Origin: Zootoca vivipara
Lineage: Eukaryota
Assembly: GCF_963506605.1 (NCBI RefSeq)
Contig: NC_083288.1
Location: 36,766,001-36,830,000 of the forward strand
Direction of reading: 5' to 3'
Length of the DNA: 64,000 nt
Shown: positions 43,471-54,583 of the stretch, one piece after another
How positions within the stretch are numbered: position 1 is the first letter of the stretch
Layout of the letters: each line of letters begins with the position of its first letter
The notes under the pieces: model-generated
The model's database searches: none
What the model saw: the letters and a program-made list of their open reading frames with translations, nothing else
What the model was told of the DNA's origin: nothing
Made by a program: the position numbers and the translations under genes

Positions 43471-46400
43471 ATGCCTGTTACTCTCCCCTTCTTGCTGCTT
43501 ACGATCTGTGAGTATAGTTTAGCTCAATGGGGTGGGAAGTATCCATTCAGCTGGCAGAATCAGAGGGGCATTGAACTCTGGGACTGCAGCAGCATCAGCA
43601 AGAGGAAGAGAAATGGCTAGGCTACCTTAAGATGTTTTTTGCCACCTGAGGAAACCAGGGTGGATGGGTAGTTAGATGAGAGCGAGGATTTGAGTTGTAT
43701 AGACACCGTGCATTTAAAGCGCATTCAAATCCCACATGCCCCAAATAATCCTGGGAACTGTAGACATGGGATCTTGAATCAGCATTCCTGGGTTTTGGCA
43801 ATCGGCCCTTCTCTCTTTTAGCCCTGCCGAAGCCCTCCATCTTCTGGCTCCAGGCTCCGGATGCAGATGAGAAGCACCACCTCCGATGTACGGCTCAAGG
43901 GGCATATTTCGGCAGCTGGTTCTACCTGTATCAGGGAGGGAGCCCAGAGGCCGTGGCTGAAAAGAAAGCCTTGCCCACCCAATCTGAAGTGACCTTTGAG
44001 GTACACAACTTTGGACCCAGGGAGCAATTCCGCTGCAGCTATGAGATCTGGGAGGCAGGGAAGCCCATTCGCTCCCCGCTCAGCAGCCCTGCAAACATCA
44101 CAGAGGGTAAGTGTTGGGCCGTAGAACTCAATGACCATACTAGGAAGGTCATGCACAGCATTAGGCCCAAAATGGTGCATGCAAGGAGGGTTGGTGTGAG
44201 AACCAATGGTACTGTGACTGGTCTAGGAATAGGACTTTATGGTTGTGAAGGACTGTCTTAGGGCAATGATGATGGCCTTTAGCAAAGATGAGGAACCTGT
44301 GACTCTCCCAACATCGTTGGATTCCATCAGTCAGGATCTTGAGCTTGATGGAGATGACCCTGTGAGGAAGGCTAATGAAGAGGTTGATTTTTTTAAAACA
44401 CTTGTTATGATTATTTAGGCTTGCTATACATCAGGAAAATTCTTGACATGTCTTGGTTTTCGCATGGAAAAATGGCATCGGGGGAATCTTGCCGAATCTG
44501 CAATGTCAGGGAAAACCCGGGTGTTTGGCAACGCGAAGGAAAAAGCAGCAGAAACAGCTCCAAAAGCTTAAAACCACTATTTTGGGGGAGGTTTTACTTA
44601 AAAAGCTCAACAACAAGGGTTTGTTCCCAAAAAGCTGAACAATTTTGGGTCTTCCTTAAAAAAAGGTCAACTTTGTGAGTGTCAGGAATATAGCAACGCT
44701 AGGATTGCTTATACTATACACTATACTATACTTAAATGATCAAGCTGCTATGAAATGTGTGCACTTTTAACATTTAGCATTTGCAAATCATTTGTACACT
44801 TTACAGTATAGATCTATTGAGTACTATGTATTTTATAACATATGATCAAGTTTCTGGTCACTATGGAAACATAAACATTTAAGCCTCTATGAAAATTTTC
44901 ACATACATTGCTAGTATTTGTACCATTTGGTATGGTCCTGCCATGCAGCAGCAGCTGGTTATATTATTGTTTGACATACAATTGCACTGGAATGTGCATT
45001 ATCTTTGTAATTAATTGATATCTTTAATGATTGATAGTTCATTTTATGATGGCTATAAATGTTGCAATGTTCCTATAATCACACAGAGTTATTTGCTGGA
45101 TTGTCATACTATATTTTGAAATGATTTAGTATTTGAGCTATTCTAAACATATACTGATTTGCATTTTTGTTGTTCGGCTGCAAGCTGCTTTGAGCACATT
45201 TATAATATAGATGTAAATAATAAACAGACAAGCACACAAAGGCAGTATGTTTGAACCCCTTCTCTTTCCAAAGGTTTGTCACTACTGTTTTTACTGTTGT
45301 AATTTTGCATACTATGTACCTTTAAAGCACATTCGAAGCACGTTCTTAACCTCCAAGAATTATGGGCACCTTAGTTTACTACTTACAGAGTTACAATTCC
45401 CAGCACCCTTAACAAACTACAGTGCCCAGACTTCTCTGAGGGTGTGTGTGCTTAAACATGCTTTAAAGGTATAGTGTGCACAGTGGTACCTTGGTTCTCA
45501 AACTTAATCAATTCCGGAAATCTGTTCCAAAACCAAAGCGTTCCAAAACCAAGGCACACTTTCCCATAGAAAGTAAAGCAAAACAGATTAATCCATTCCA
45601 GACTTTTAAAAACAACCCCTAAAACAGCAATTTAACGAATTTTACTATCTAATGAAACCATTGATCCATAAAATGAAAGCAATAATCAATGTACTGCACT
45701 ATAAAATAAATGTGACAGTATTGTAGATGATAAAAATTAAAATTATTTTTTTTTCTTACTTGCACTGATGATAGTCATTGTTTGGATGGGGGGCTTTTAT
45801 CCATTTCCGCAGTCACACAATCAATCAATCAATCAGTAGCTGAACACAGTCACAAAAACAAATTAACCGAAAAAGCCTCAAAAACAAAAACGCAAAACAA
45901 ACAGCAAAATTTAATCCATTCTGGAAGTCTGTTTGACTTCCGAAATGTTCAAAAACCCAGGTGCAGCCTCTGATTGGTGCAGGCACCCCAGAAACAATAG
46001 CCGACAGCCGCATCGGAGGTTCGGCTTCCGAAAAACGTTAGATAACCGGAACACTTACTTCCAGGTTTTTGGCGTTTGGGAACCAAGGTTATGTATTTTG
46101 ATATTAATTGGTTTTGGTTGTTTCATGAGGAATGTTTTAAAAATGATATTGATATTCGTTTTGGCCACCTTTTATTGCTATGCAAAAAGAAGCAACACAT
46201 TATTCTTTTTATTAACAGCAGAGAATAAGGTCCGAGACTCAGTAAACAGGTTTTCTCTCCCACTCACAGACCATTACCCCAAACCATCCATCTCTGCGAG
46301 CCCTGGTACTGAGGTCCTTGCAGGGCAGGACTGGACCGTTTGTTGTCAGGCTCCATTACTAGGGGTCAACTTTGTCCTCTACCAAGCCAGGGACTTTCGG

Positions 46401-49400
46401 ATAGAGGTCACTCCTCGAGGAGACTCTGACACCGCTGAATTCTCCTTGAAGAATGTCACCATGGCTGATGCAGGCCGATACACCTGTTATTACCACAGCA
46501 TCATAGAGCCCATCATCTGGTCAAATGCCAGTGACCCGGTGCAGCTGAGAGTTATCGGTGAGGAAACTTTTTGCTATCTTGGGGGCAGAATTTCCAAGTT
46601 TCTTTTTCTGTGCCTTCAGCAGCCATATGGTAAGCAGAAATTCAATTGGCTGAGTCTTTCTTTCTTTTTCTGGCATGGGAAAAACCAGAACCCATTGAAC
46701 TTCTGCTTGTTGTGGAGCTGCTAAAGCATCCCTGCCAGAAAAAAATAATAATGAGGGAACCTTGTTAGGTGGAGGAGTGGTTTTAGGGATGGGACTTGCT
46801 GGTTTGGGAGACAGCAGAGGTTGAGAGGAAGGGAACTGAACTGGTGCAAAGGGAAGCTGTTGTAAATATGGGCCATCATCCTTTCTGGATTAAGATTTAA
46901 GCAATATATTCATAATCAGAAAGCCAGTGTGATGTGTTGGATAGAGTGGCAGATTGGGACCAAGAAGGCCCGGATTGAAATCCCCCCCTTGGTCATGATG
47001 CTCATGGATAATAACCTTTGGCCACCCACTTTCTCTCGGCCTAATTTACCTCACAAGGGTGCTGTGGGAATAAAGGGGAGTACAGTGGTACCTCGACTTA
47101 CGAATAACTCTACTTACAAATGTTTCTACTTACGAACGAAGCTCCGCCCGCCATCTTGGATGCGGTTTAGATAGGATTTTTTCAACTTACGAATTTTTAG
47201 ATAGGGTTGCTTCGACTTACAAATTTTTTCTCCCAATGCATTCCTATGGGTTTCGACTTACAAATTTTTTCGACTTACGAATGTGTGTTCGGAACGCATT
47301 AAATTCATAAGTAGAGGTACCACTGTACAATGTGCATCAGCCTGAGCAGTGCTTTTTTTTTTCTTAAAAAATGTTTAGGGGTACTCTCATTTTCCTACTC
47401 ATATTGAAATTCGTCGCGCTGGTGAAGTTGGACGCAGGGACTTTGTGCTCCGAAGTCCCTGGCTTCGTGGAGGGGGGGGGAAGTCCGCAGAGCGAGCGGA
47501 CTCCCCGAAAAAACACCGGGTAGAGAGTCCCGGTGACATAGTGCCCAGCTGTTTGCTCCGGACGCGAATCCTCTGCTGCCCGAGAGCTCAGTAGAGCAAT
47601 CGAGAGCCAGCGGAGTGGAGTCGCGGGAGCCATTTTTGGGTTTCATCTTACCTCCTTGAAGTGAAGCTCCGAGTCCTCAGCCTGCAAGCGGCGGATTCTT
47701 CCAAGGAAATAAAAGACTTCTTCAAAGTAAGTCAAATCTCCATTCGGATCTTAAAAATTTTGAATTTGAAGATAGGAAGAGATTCTAAAGTAACGGAAGC
47801 CGATCTCTTCCAAATGGACAATCGGGAGGCGCATTAAATATTCCCAAGCCGAAAAGGGAAAACTTCTTTCAAGATTGCGGACCCGAGAGAAAGAAAGACT
47901 TTTCCAAACCTCCCCAGCCCCCGGTGTCGTTGCCCCTTGAGGTTCAGCAGCAACAAGGGGGAGGACGCTTTGACAGCTGTCAAAAGCTGTCAAATTGTTA
48001 AAGGATTAAGAAAGACGATTTTATTCCTGTGAATTGGAAAAATTGATTCAAAAGGTTTTAAAAGGATTTAAGTGGACTGTAAATTTGAAATCTGATGAGG
48101 TTAAAGACAAAGGATAAGAACAGCCAAGATGGAGCCGACAACGTGGTAGAGAGGAATTTTCCAGTACCCTTCTGCCCTTATCTCTGGTCTGCCTGTGGTC
48201 AAGTGAACTATGAAAACAAAATTCTCTCGAGCTTTCCAGGAGGCTGTGCTGGGCTATCTACAAACATGGGAAGATATCTACAAGGAAAGGCAATGCTTCA
48301 ATCCAACAGAAAAGGAGAATGAGGTGCAAGAGCAAGATTTAGAGGACAATTTTGATTATGAGATTGTGTGTGAGGAGCAACAATTTGAGGACAATTTGGA
48401 GACTGATTCAGACCATAAAAAATATGTGTTGGATGGTGAAAAACAAAGATCAGAACAAAGAGATGAGGCCGACAAGGAGAAGCAAAGTGAAGAGAAGATT
48501 GATGGAAGTGAAAATCCTGGAGAGACTGAAATGTTGAATGGTGTTAGTGAAGGGAGGGAAAGGCAGAAAGAGGGAGGAGCAGAGGTCTGGAAGTGGATGT
48601 GGGAAAGAATTGGTGTGGGGTAAAAATTTTAGTTTAAGGTACTTTTTTTGGTTTATGAACAACGGTGTCGGAATCTTGGCCTGTTAAAGGATATGCTGAT
48701 CCAATTGGGAGGAGGGACATGGGGGGGGGGAAGGAGAGATTTTTATAGTTTAAGGTTAAGAGCTTTCTGGAGGGAGTAAAAAGAATGGCTGAGGAAATAT
48801 GCTTAGAGTTTGTTTTTGAATAATTTTGGTGACCAGGAGGTGTTTGGGTGGAAAACTGCCTGTCTCCCCCTTCTTACTCTTGGTACCCAGTGGCAGGGGG
48901 TGCCTTGAGGGGAGAGGGAAGGGTGGAGGGAAACCCAGACACAAAAATGGAACCTTTTGACTGCTGGACTCCTCGGGCTACCCCAGTGGCAGGGGGGGGG
49001 GCTCAGAGGGGGACAGCATGAAGAAGGAGGAGGATTGTGTTAATATTATAAGAATAAGATTCTGAATTGGATTAGAAAACCCGCCATAACTATGTAAAGA
49101 GGTTGGGAAATCCAGGAGGAGGAGAGTCGTGGAAGCCATTAATATTTTTCCTTTTTCCTTTTTTTTCTTTCCTTTTTTTCCCCTTTTTATATTTTTGCTT
49201 CCCCCCCCCTTTTTTTCCTTGTTTTTCTTTTTTCCAGTACAGTGAAGAAATAGCTGGGGGATAAGCCAATCCCCAGAGATCCTCCGCCTTTGTCCTCTCA
49301 GTGGCAGGGGGGGGATGAGGGGGGAGGAAGGAGGGGGGAGGTCAAACCCAGCTTAAAATGGACCCCTTTGTTCCCCAATACCCATGGGTCTCACTGGTGG

Positions 49401-52400
49401 CAGAGGTGGGCTTGTGGGAGGAGGGAAAATGAAGGGACAGAGTTTATGTTGTATACTTTGTATGTGTTTTCTTTTTCTAAAAATTAATAAAAATTATTTT
49501 TAAAAATAAAAATAAAAAATGTTTAGGGGTACTCTCATTTTCCTACTCATATTGAAATACTGCCCCTCAGTTGAGGCCAAACTTAGATTCACAAAATGTT
49601 TAGGGATATGCGTCCCCCCAGAAAAAAAGCACTGAGCTTGAGCTCCTTGGAGGAAGGACAAGATTGTGCTAGCTAGACACTTCTCTTCAGGCATTATAAC
49701 TGAGAGTTAAGTAAATTAATACATGAGTGTGGGGTACCAGGGATGAGCACGATGGTTCCACCTCCACCCCCACCCCTATTACTGTCCCTGTTGCCCTCCA
49801 ACTAATGGAGAGTGCACTTCTGAAGCAGAAAGCCTCCCCCTCCCATGGAGATTCCCCATGTGCTTTAGGACATTACAGAAAGTTCCTCCCTACCTTATAT
49901 ACTAATAATAATTTATTATTTATACCCCACCCATCTGGCTGGGTTTCCCTAGCCACTCTGGGTGGCTCCCAACAGAATACTAAAAACACGATAAAACATC
50001 AAACATTAGAAACCTCCCTAAACAGCCCTGCCTTCAGATGTCTTCTAAAAGTCAGATAGTTGTTTATTTCCTTGACATCTGGTGGGAGGGTGTTCCACAG
50101 GGTGGGCGCCACTACCGAGAAGGCCCTCTGCCTGGTTCCCTGTAACCTCACTTCTCACAGGGAGGGAACCGCCAGAAGGCCCTCGGCGCTGGACCTCAGT
50201 GTCCTGGCTGAACGAAGGGGGTGGAGACGCTCCTTCAGGCCATTTAGGGCTTTAGGATATTGAAATATACTCGGAGTCGAGAGTGAATTTCATGCTCTTT
50301 ATTCAGCTCATATTCATCAAGGAGAAGAAGAGAAGACGAATGGCTCTTTTCCCAAAACCATCTGCTTATATACATTATTTACACAATGGGCCTTGCGTGA
50401 TTGGCTACTTCAGGGCTACACCTGTGGGCCAATTATATTGTGGATTGACTTCTGCCTGCAGCCTGATTGGCTGCTCCTACAGGCCAATCAGGTAGCAGAT
50501 TCACTTCTGCCAGCCGCCTGATTGGCTGCTCCAGCAGGCCAATCAGGTTGTGCATTCACTTCCACCTGGAGTTGGATTGGGTAGCTCCCGCTGATTCTGA
50601 ATCCTATTGTTCTAGGATTCAGCTCAGTACATAACAGATATCTAGTGCCATCTTCTACAAGTTGGAGAGTGACAAGAACTGCAACCTGGGAGTTGAGCTA
50701 GCAACAGTCATCCTCAGTGTTCCCCCAGCTTGCATACTTAACTCCTAATTATAATGCCAGCAGCCATCTTTCTATCTGCAAATATCTTCCCAATTTCCCA
50801 CAATCAAGGCACAGGAAGAGTTTCAGCATTAAAACTCATGGACTTGTTACTTTTTACATAGTTTGGACATAGAAAACTCCATAGAATTCCAGTAATCAAG
50901 AAAGTAGGTCTTGCAAAAGCATTTCTTGACTTGACAAAAGCTACAGTCACCTCATTTGTCCACCGACATTCAAGGACTCCCAAGCCCGAAAAGCAGATGA
51001 CAGCTAAAAATAAATTATGGGTTGTATTCAGCTAACTTTTACTCAGGATAGGCAACTGAAAGCAATGGAACTTCGTCACGGGCATTAATTTTAATAGGCC
51101 TTTGTTGAGTAAAGGCAGTTGAATGTAGCCCTATAACCCAAAAGTGAAACATTAATATTAATTGAACTGTACTCAGATTTTACTAAAATGCCTGATTCAT
51201 CCTGATCCTACAATGGAGGTTTTGTGCACTTGCACTTTTTGTATCGTTTAGTGTTGAATTCCCAATTTTGCACAAAGTGCCAAAGGTTGCGGGGGAGGGA
51301 AGGATAGGTTAGAGAAAGACTGGACTGGTCACATTTTAATCATGCCCACTCTTTTCTGTAAAGAATTGCAATTTATTTTGCTTACGCATTCCTTGCCCTT
51401 CCATTCGTCTGTTGCATCCTGGGGCATTCTGAGAGTCCTGCTTGATCCTCAGTCATCAACCTTGAATTATGGGAAATTCCCATAATCTTTGCGGTGGCTG
51501 TAAAGTACTAATCTTCTACTTACCGGTAGAATATGTATCTATGGCCACAAGGATTACAAATGTGTTTTTAAAAAAGAAAAAGAAAGCCAGTTCAACACTG
51601 AGCATCCCTTAAGTTATATCTTTTTGTTTTCACACATCTCCTTTCCAGATGCAACTGTGGTCCCCAATTACCTGGAGGTGTTGGTGGACTCTGCAGGAAG
51701 ATATCGAGTGAATTGCTCAGTCCCTTCTGCTGCTGAGGGCTGGTTTTATCTTTACCAAGGTGGGCAGCTCTTTGCTGAAACCAGAGCTTGGCAAGATGGG
51801 GAGATTGCAAGCTTCAACCTCACAGAAGAAGCCATTAACATCACCATAGGAGAGCTGAGCTGCCAATATAAGGAATATCAGCTCAATGACACTGAAGCGT
51901 GGACACAAGGTGAGTCCAGGGGGGATGGGAGAAGTGTACACTAGCAGAGAGCTAGCCTGTGCACCTTTATTTCCCTCAAAGAATTATGGGCACTGTAGTT
52001 TATCCCTCGCGGAGTTACAATTCCCAGCAAATTACAGTGCCCATAATTCTTTGAGGGAAATAAAAGTGGTTTGAATGTGCTATAAAGGTATAGTGCACAT
52101 CCTTAGGTGACGATGATAATTGTACCATTAATGGTGCTTTACAGTATAAAAGAGGATAAGTCCCTGGTCCCAAGGAGCTTCCAATCTAAAAATGGATTTG
52201 AATATAGAAGCATAGAAGATATTGTGAAGTTGAGTGGATGCCCAGAAAATGAATGACTGGCTGGAGAATCAAACACAAGCATATTCCCACAGACAATAAC
52301 TTTGATGGGTGTGGGGTGGGTGGAACGGACAACACATACTGTTCTGTTTCGGCAGAACAAGGACAAGCAGCAAAACAAGGTTTACCACTCCATTCTTTGG

Positions 52401-53212
52401 TGCTGCTATCCACAGCTGGCCATTGGTATGCAAGCTGATTGATAGGTCATGCAGCATGTCTCCTTTAGCGTCGCTATTTTCCCTACATGGAAAACTCTGT
52501 AGGAAAAAGCAACATACAGCTGTATGCAAATTTTCAATTGTGGCAATCACGCGGGCATGTGTGTGGTTGAAAGGCTTTCAGGGGACAAACAGTAGGAAGC
52601 CACCATTAGTTGCTGTTTTTCCATAAAGGAACACGGCACTGGAATAATTCCATGTGATGTTTCACATCTAGACGTCATCCCCCCCCCCACACTCGACAAG
52701 TGCTTTCCACGTATGTAAAGGATTGCTGTGTGATGGTTCTGGTGGTGTCATTGTCGCCACTGGAATGTTGCCCTTTTCAGATTATATTAGCACAGATGAT
52801 TCAGGCTGTGGTGATAAGCACACTTAGCTGGGAGAAGCCCCTTTGAACAGGATGGCACTGCCAGTTAATGGCTGCCAAGGAAACCAAGCACAGGCAAGTG
52901 GATTCAAGGCAGCTCCCGTAGTGCTAGTGCCCCATTCATTTGCCGCCTGCTCAGGGGCAAGTCCATCTTCATGGGGACAGTTCTCAGGCTGCGTAGTGAT
53001 TGATGAAAGAAGAAAACCTGCTGTATACCGAAAACTATTTTTACATTGATATGCGTTTTCTAATTTCTCCAGACTCACATTCCCAGGCCACGGATTTCAC
53101 TGCAGCCAACTCACTGCGACTTGGGATCGGGGCCTGCATCTTTTTATTAGCCGTGTTCTTCATAGCTGAAGCATGGTGGAGCGAGAAGCATCAGGAGAGC
53201 TGGACCAAATGA
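43471..53212 (+). CDS. LRC-type activating Ig-like receptor (OSCAR/TARM1-like position and TM); exons 43471-43507 (leader), 43822-44106 (Ig1), 46270-46557 (Ig2), 51649-51909 (Ig3), 53073-53212 (TM + short tail)
   Basis: All-phase-1 exons splice to 1011 nt = 336 aa. Ig2 is a LILR/OSCAR-type C2 domain (YPKPSISASPG...C...AEFSLKNVTMADAGRYTCYY...WSNASDPVQL). The TM exon DFTAANSLRLGIGACIFLLAVFFIAEAWWS has the N-x-x-R motif of FcR-gamma-coupled receptors. Head-to-head with NDUFA3, as OSCAR is in mammals. Confidence 0.88.
45481..46090. mobile_element. Tc1/mariner (Tigger-like) non-autonomous element
   Basis: CAGTGGTACCTTGGTTCTCAAAC at the left end and GTTTGGGAACCAAGGT at the right end. Confidence 0.7.
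47083..47325. mobile_element. Tc1/mariner MITE with internal CGACTTAC repeats
   Basis: TA|CAGTGGTACCTCGACTTACGAAT...ATTCATAAGTAGAGGTACCACTG|TA. Confidence 0.85.
47347..49634. mobile_element. Small hAT-like element (CAGTGCTTTTTT...AAAAAAGCACTG) split by a nested 2.1-kb insertion
   Basis: Terminal inverted repeats with 8-bp TSD agcctgag/agcttgag. Confidence 0.75.
47411..49512 (+). mobile_element. 2.1-kb non-autonomous non-LTR (L1-like) retroelement with a CpG-rich 5' end, an internal acidic ORF (48210-48623) and an AATAAA + A-rich tail
   Basis: Flanked by an exact 46-bp direct repeat (47365-47410 / 49513-49558). No RT or endonuclease ORF is visible. Confidence 0.75.
49903..50253 (-). mobile_element. 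3' end of an L2-type LINE
   Basis: Same family as 19052-19370. Confidence 0.85.
50261..50636 (-). mobile_element. Solo LTR (376 bp)
   Basis: TG...CA termini and 5-bp TSD gatat. On the minus strand: repeated CCAAT units, TATATAAG, then AATAAA. Confidence 0.85.
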
Positions 53213-54583
53213 AGGGATCCTGGATCAGCAGGATCCCACTAAGCTGATCGAGTCTGGTTTGAAACCGCAAGTTCCAGCGGCTGCTTTTGATGGGAAGGAA
53301 CATAATGATTGATTGGGAGCTGCACATGGAGATAGGCAGACTGCAATCCTCAACCAATTTTCCTCACAGTCACCACATCATGGCTCCTCTAAAGCAGGAG
53401 CTTTGGCCTACAGGGGTAAGGAACATGCGGGCCACCAGATGTTGTTGGACTCCATCTCCCATTGGCCCCAACCAGTATGGCCATTGGTCAGGGATGATGG
53501 GAGTCATAGTCCTGCAAAATCTGGCAGGCCACCAGTTTTGACCAACATAATTCAGCCCTAGATCATGTCCAGTAATTATCAAGAAGAATTTGCTCCTGGG
53601 CATGCACAGAATGCCTTTGCCTCACCAGTGAGTAACCACAATCTCAGCCTTCACACAACTGATTTCCAGAGTGACATAGACACTAGTACCTCAGGCCAGT
53701 GAGAGGAGATGATTATTTTTTCAAGTGTTTTCATCATGAAGTGTATTGCTTTCAGGCATGGTCCTGTAGTTATATACAGCTTCTGTTCTTCTGCAATTTT
53801 TTGCTGTAACTCTAGATGCTTTATTCATTTTCAGTGTTGTTCAACTCATGTTTTATAATGTTATGTCATCCAGTGCTCCAGAATAGACAAAGGGCAGGAT
53901 ATAACAATAAATGATTGAATGAATATTAACAGAAGGGAGGGACAGATTGAAATGTATGTTCTTTGTTGTTCAGAACTGGTCCTTTGTCTCCTTTTGGAAT
54001 GTTAGATAAACCACATACTACTGTGTTGGCAGAATATGAATTATGTGATAATTTTTTATTGTGTTGTTAATAAGAACCATTTAGAAAAAAGGGAGCAACT
54101 CCAAAAGAGGAGAGTTCTCTGCCTGAAGGTAGGAGGTGGGGCGGGGGTCAAGAGAAGGGGCAGCTGCAGCATATTAAAAATGACTTCCATCTCAGGTAAA
54201 ATCTGTTAGCCAGGTTTGCCTTTACTGTTTGAGGGGGGTGGTATAAATTGCTAGTTAGGGCACACTGGTGGATAGGAGTACTGTAATGATTGGTTGAAAT
54301 CACGACTGTGCAAGTGAGAGGAAGGAAAAATGCCTGTTCTGTCCTTTTAGATGCAAAATAATGGTGTGTCGTGCCAACTTAGACAATTGCCTGTTGGGCA
54401 TTTGGGGGAGGAGGATGGAAGATAAGAACTAAGAAATACATGCCTTAACAGCCAGCCTTGCTGTGAAGTAGCCTGCTTTGGCACCATTGCGTGGGGAAGG
54501 GCACGACTGGTATCAAGGGTTTGTAATGGTAGGGCCGCTGCTGAGGGACCACGCTCCTGCAGGGAACCCACTGACAAAGCATC

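Noticed and set aside
45933-46724. 263-aa ORF, the longest in the track
   Set aside because: It is a read-through of MITE sequence, intron and the Ig2 exon. Only 46270-46557 has splice sites and domain signatures.
50395-50585. Regularly spaced short repeats, superficially array-like
   Set aside because: These are internal CCAAT-containing enhancer repeats of the solo LTR in a eukaryotic context, not CRISPR.
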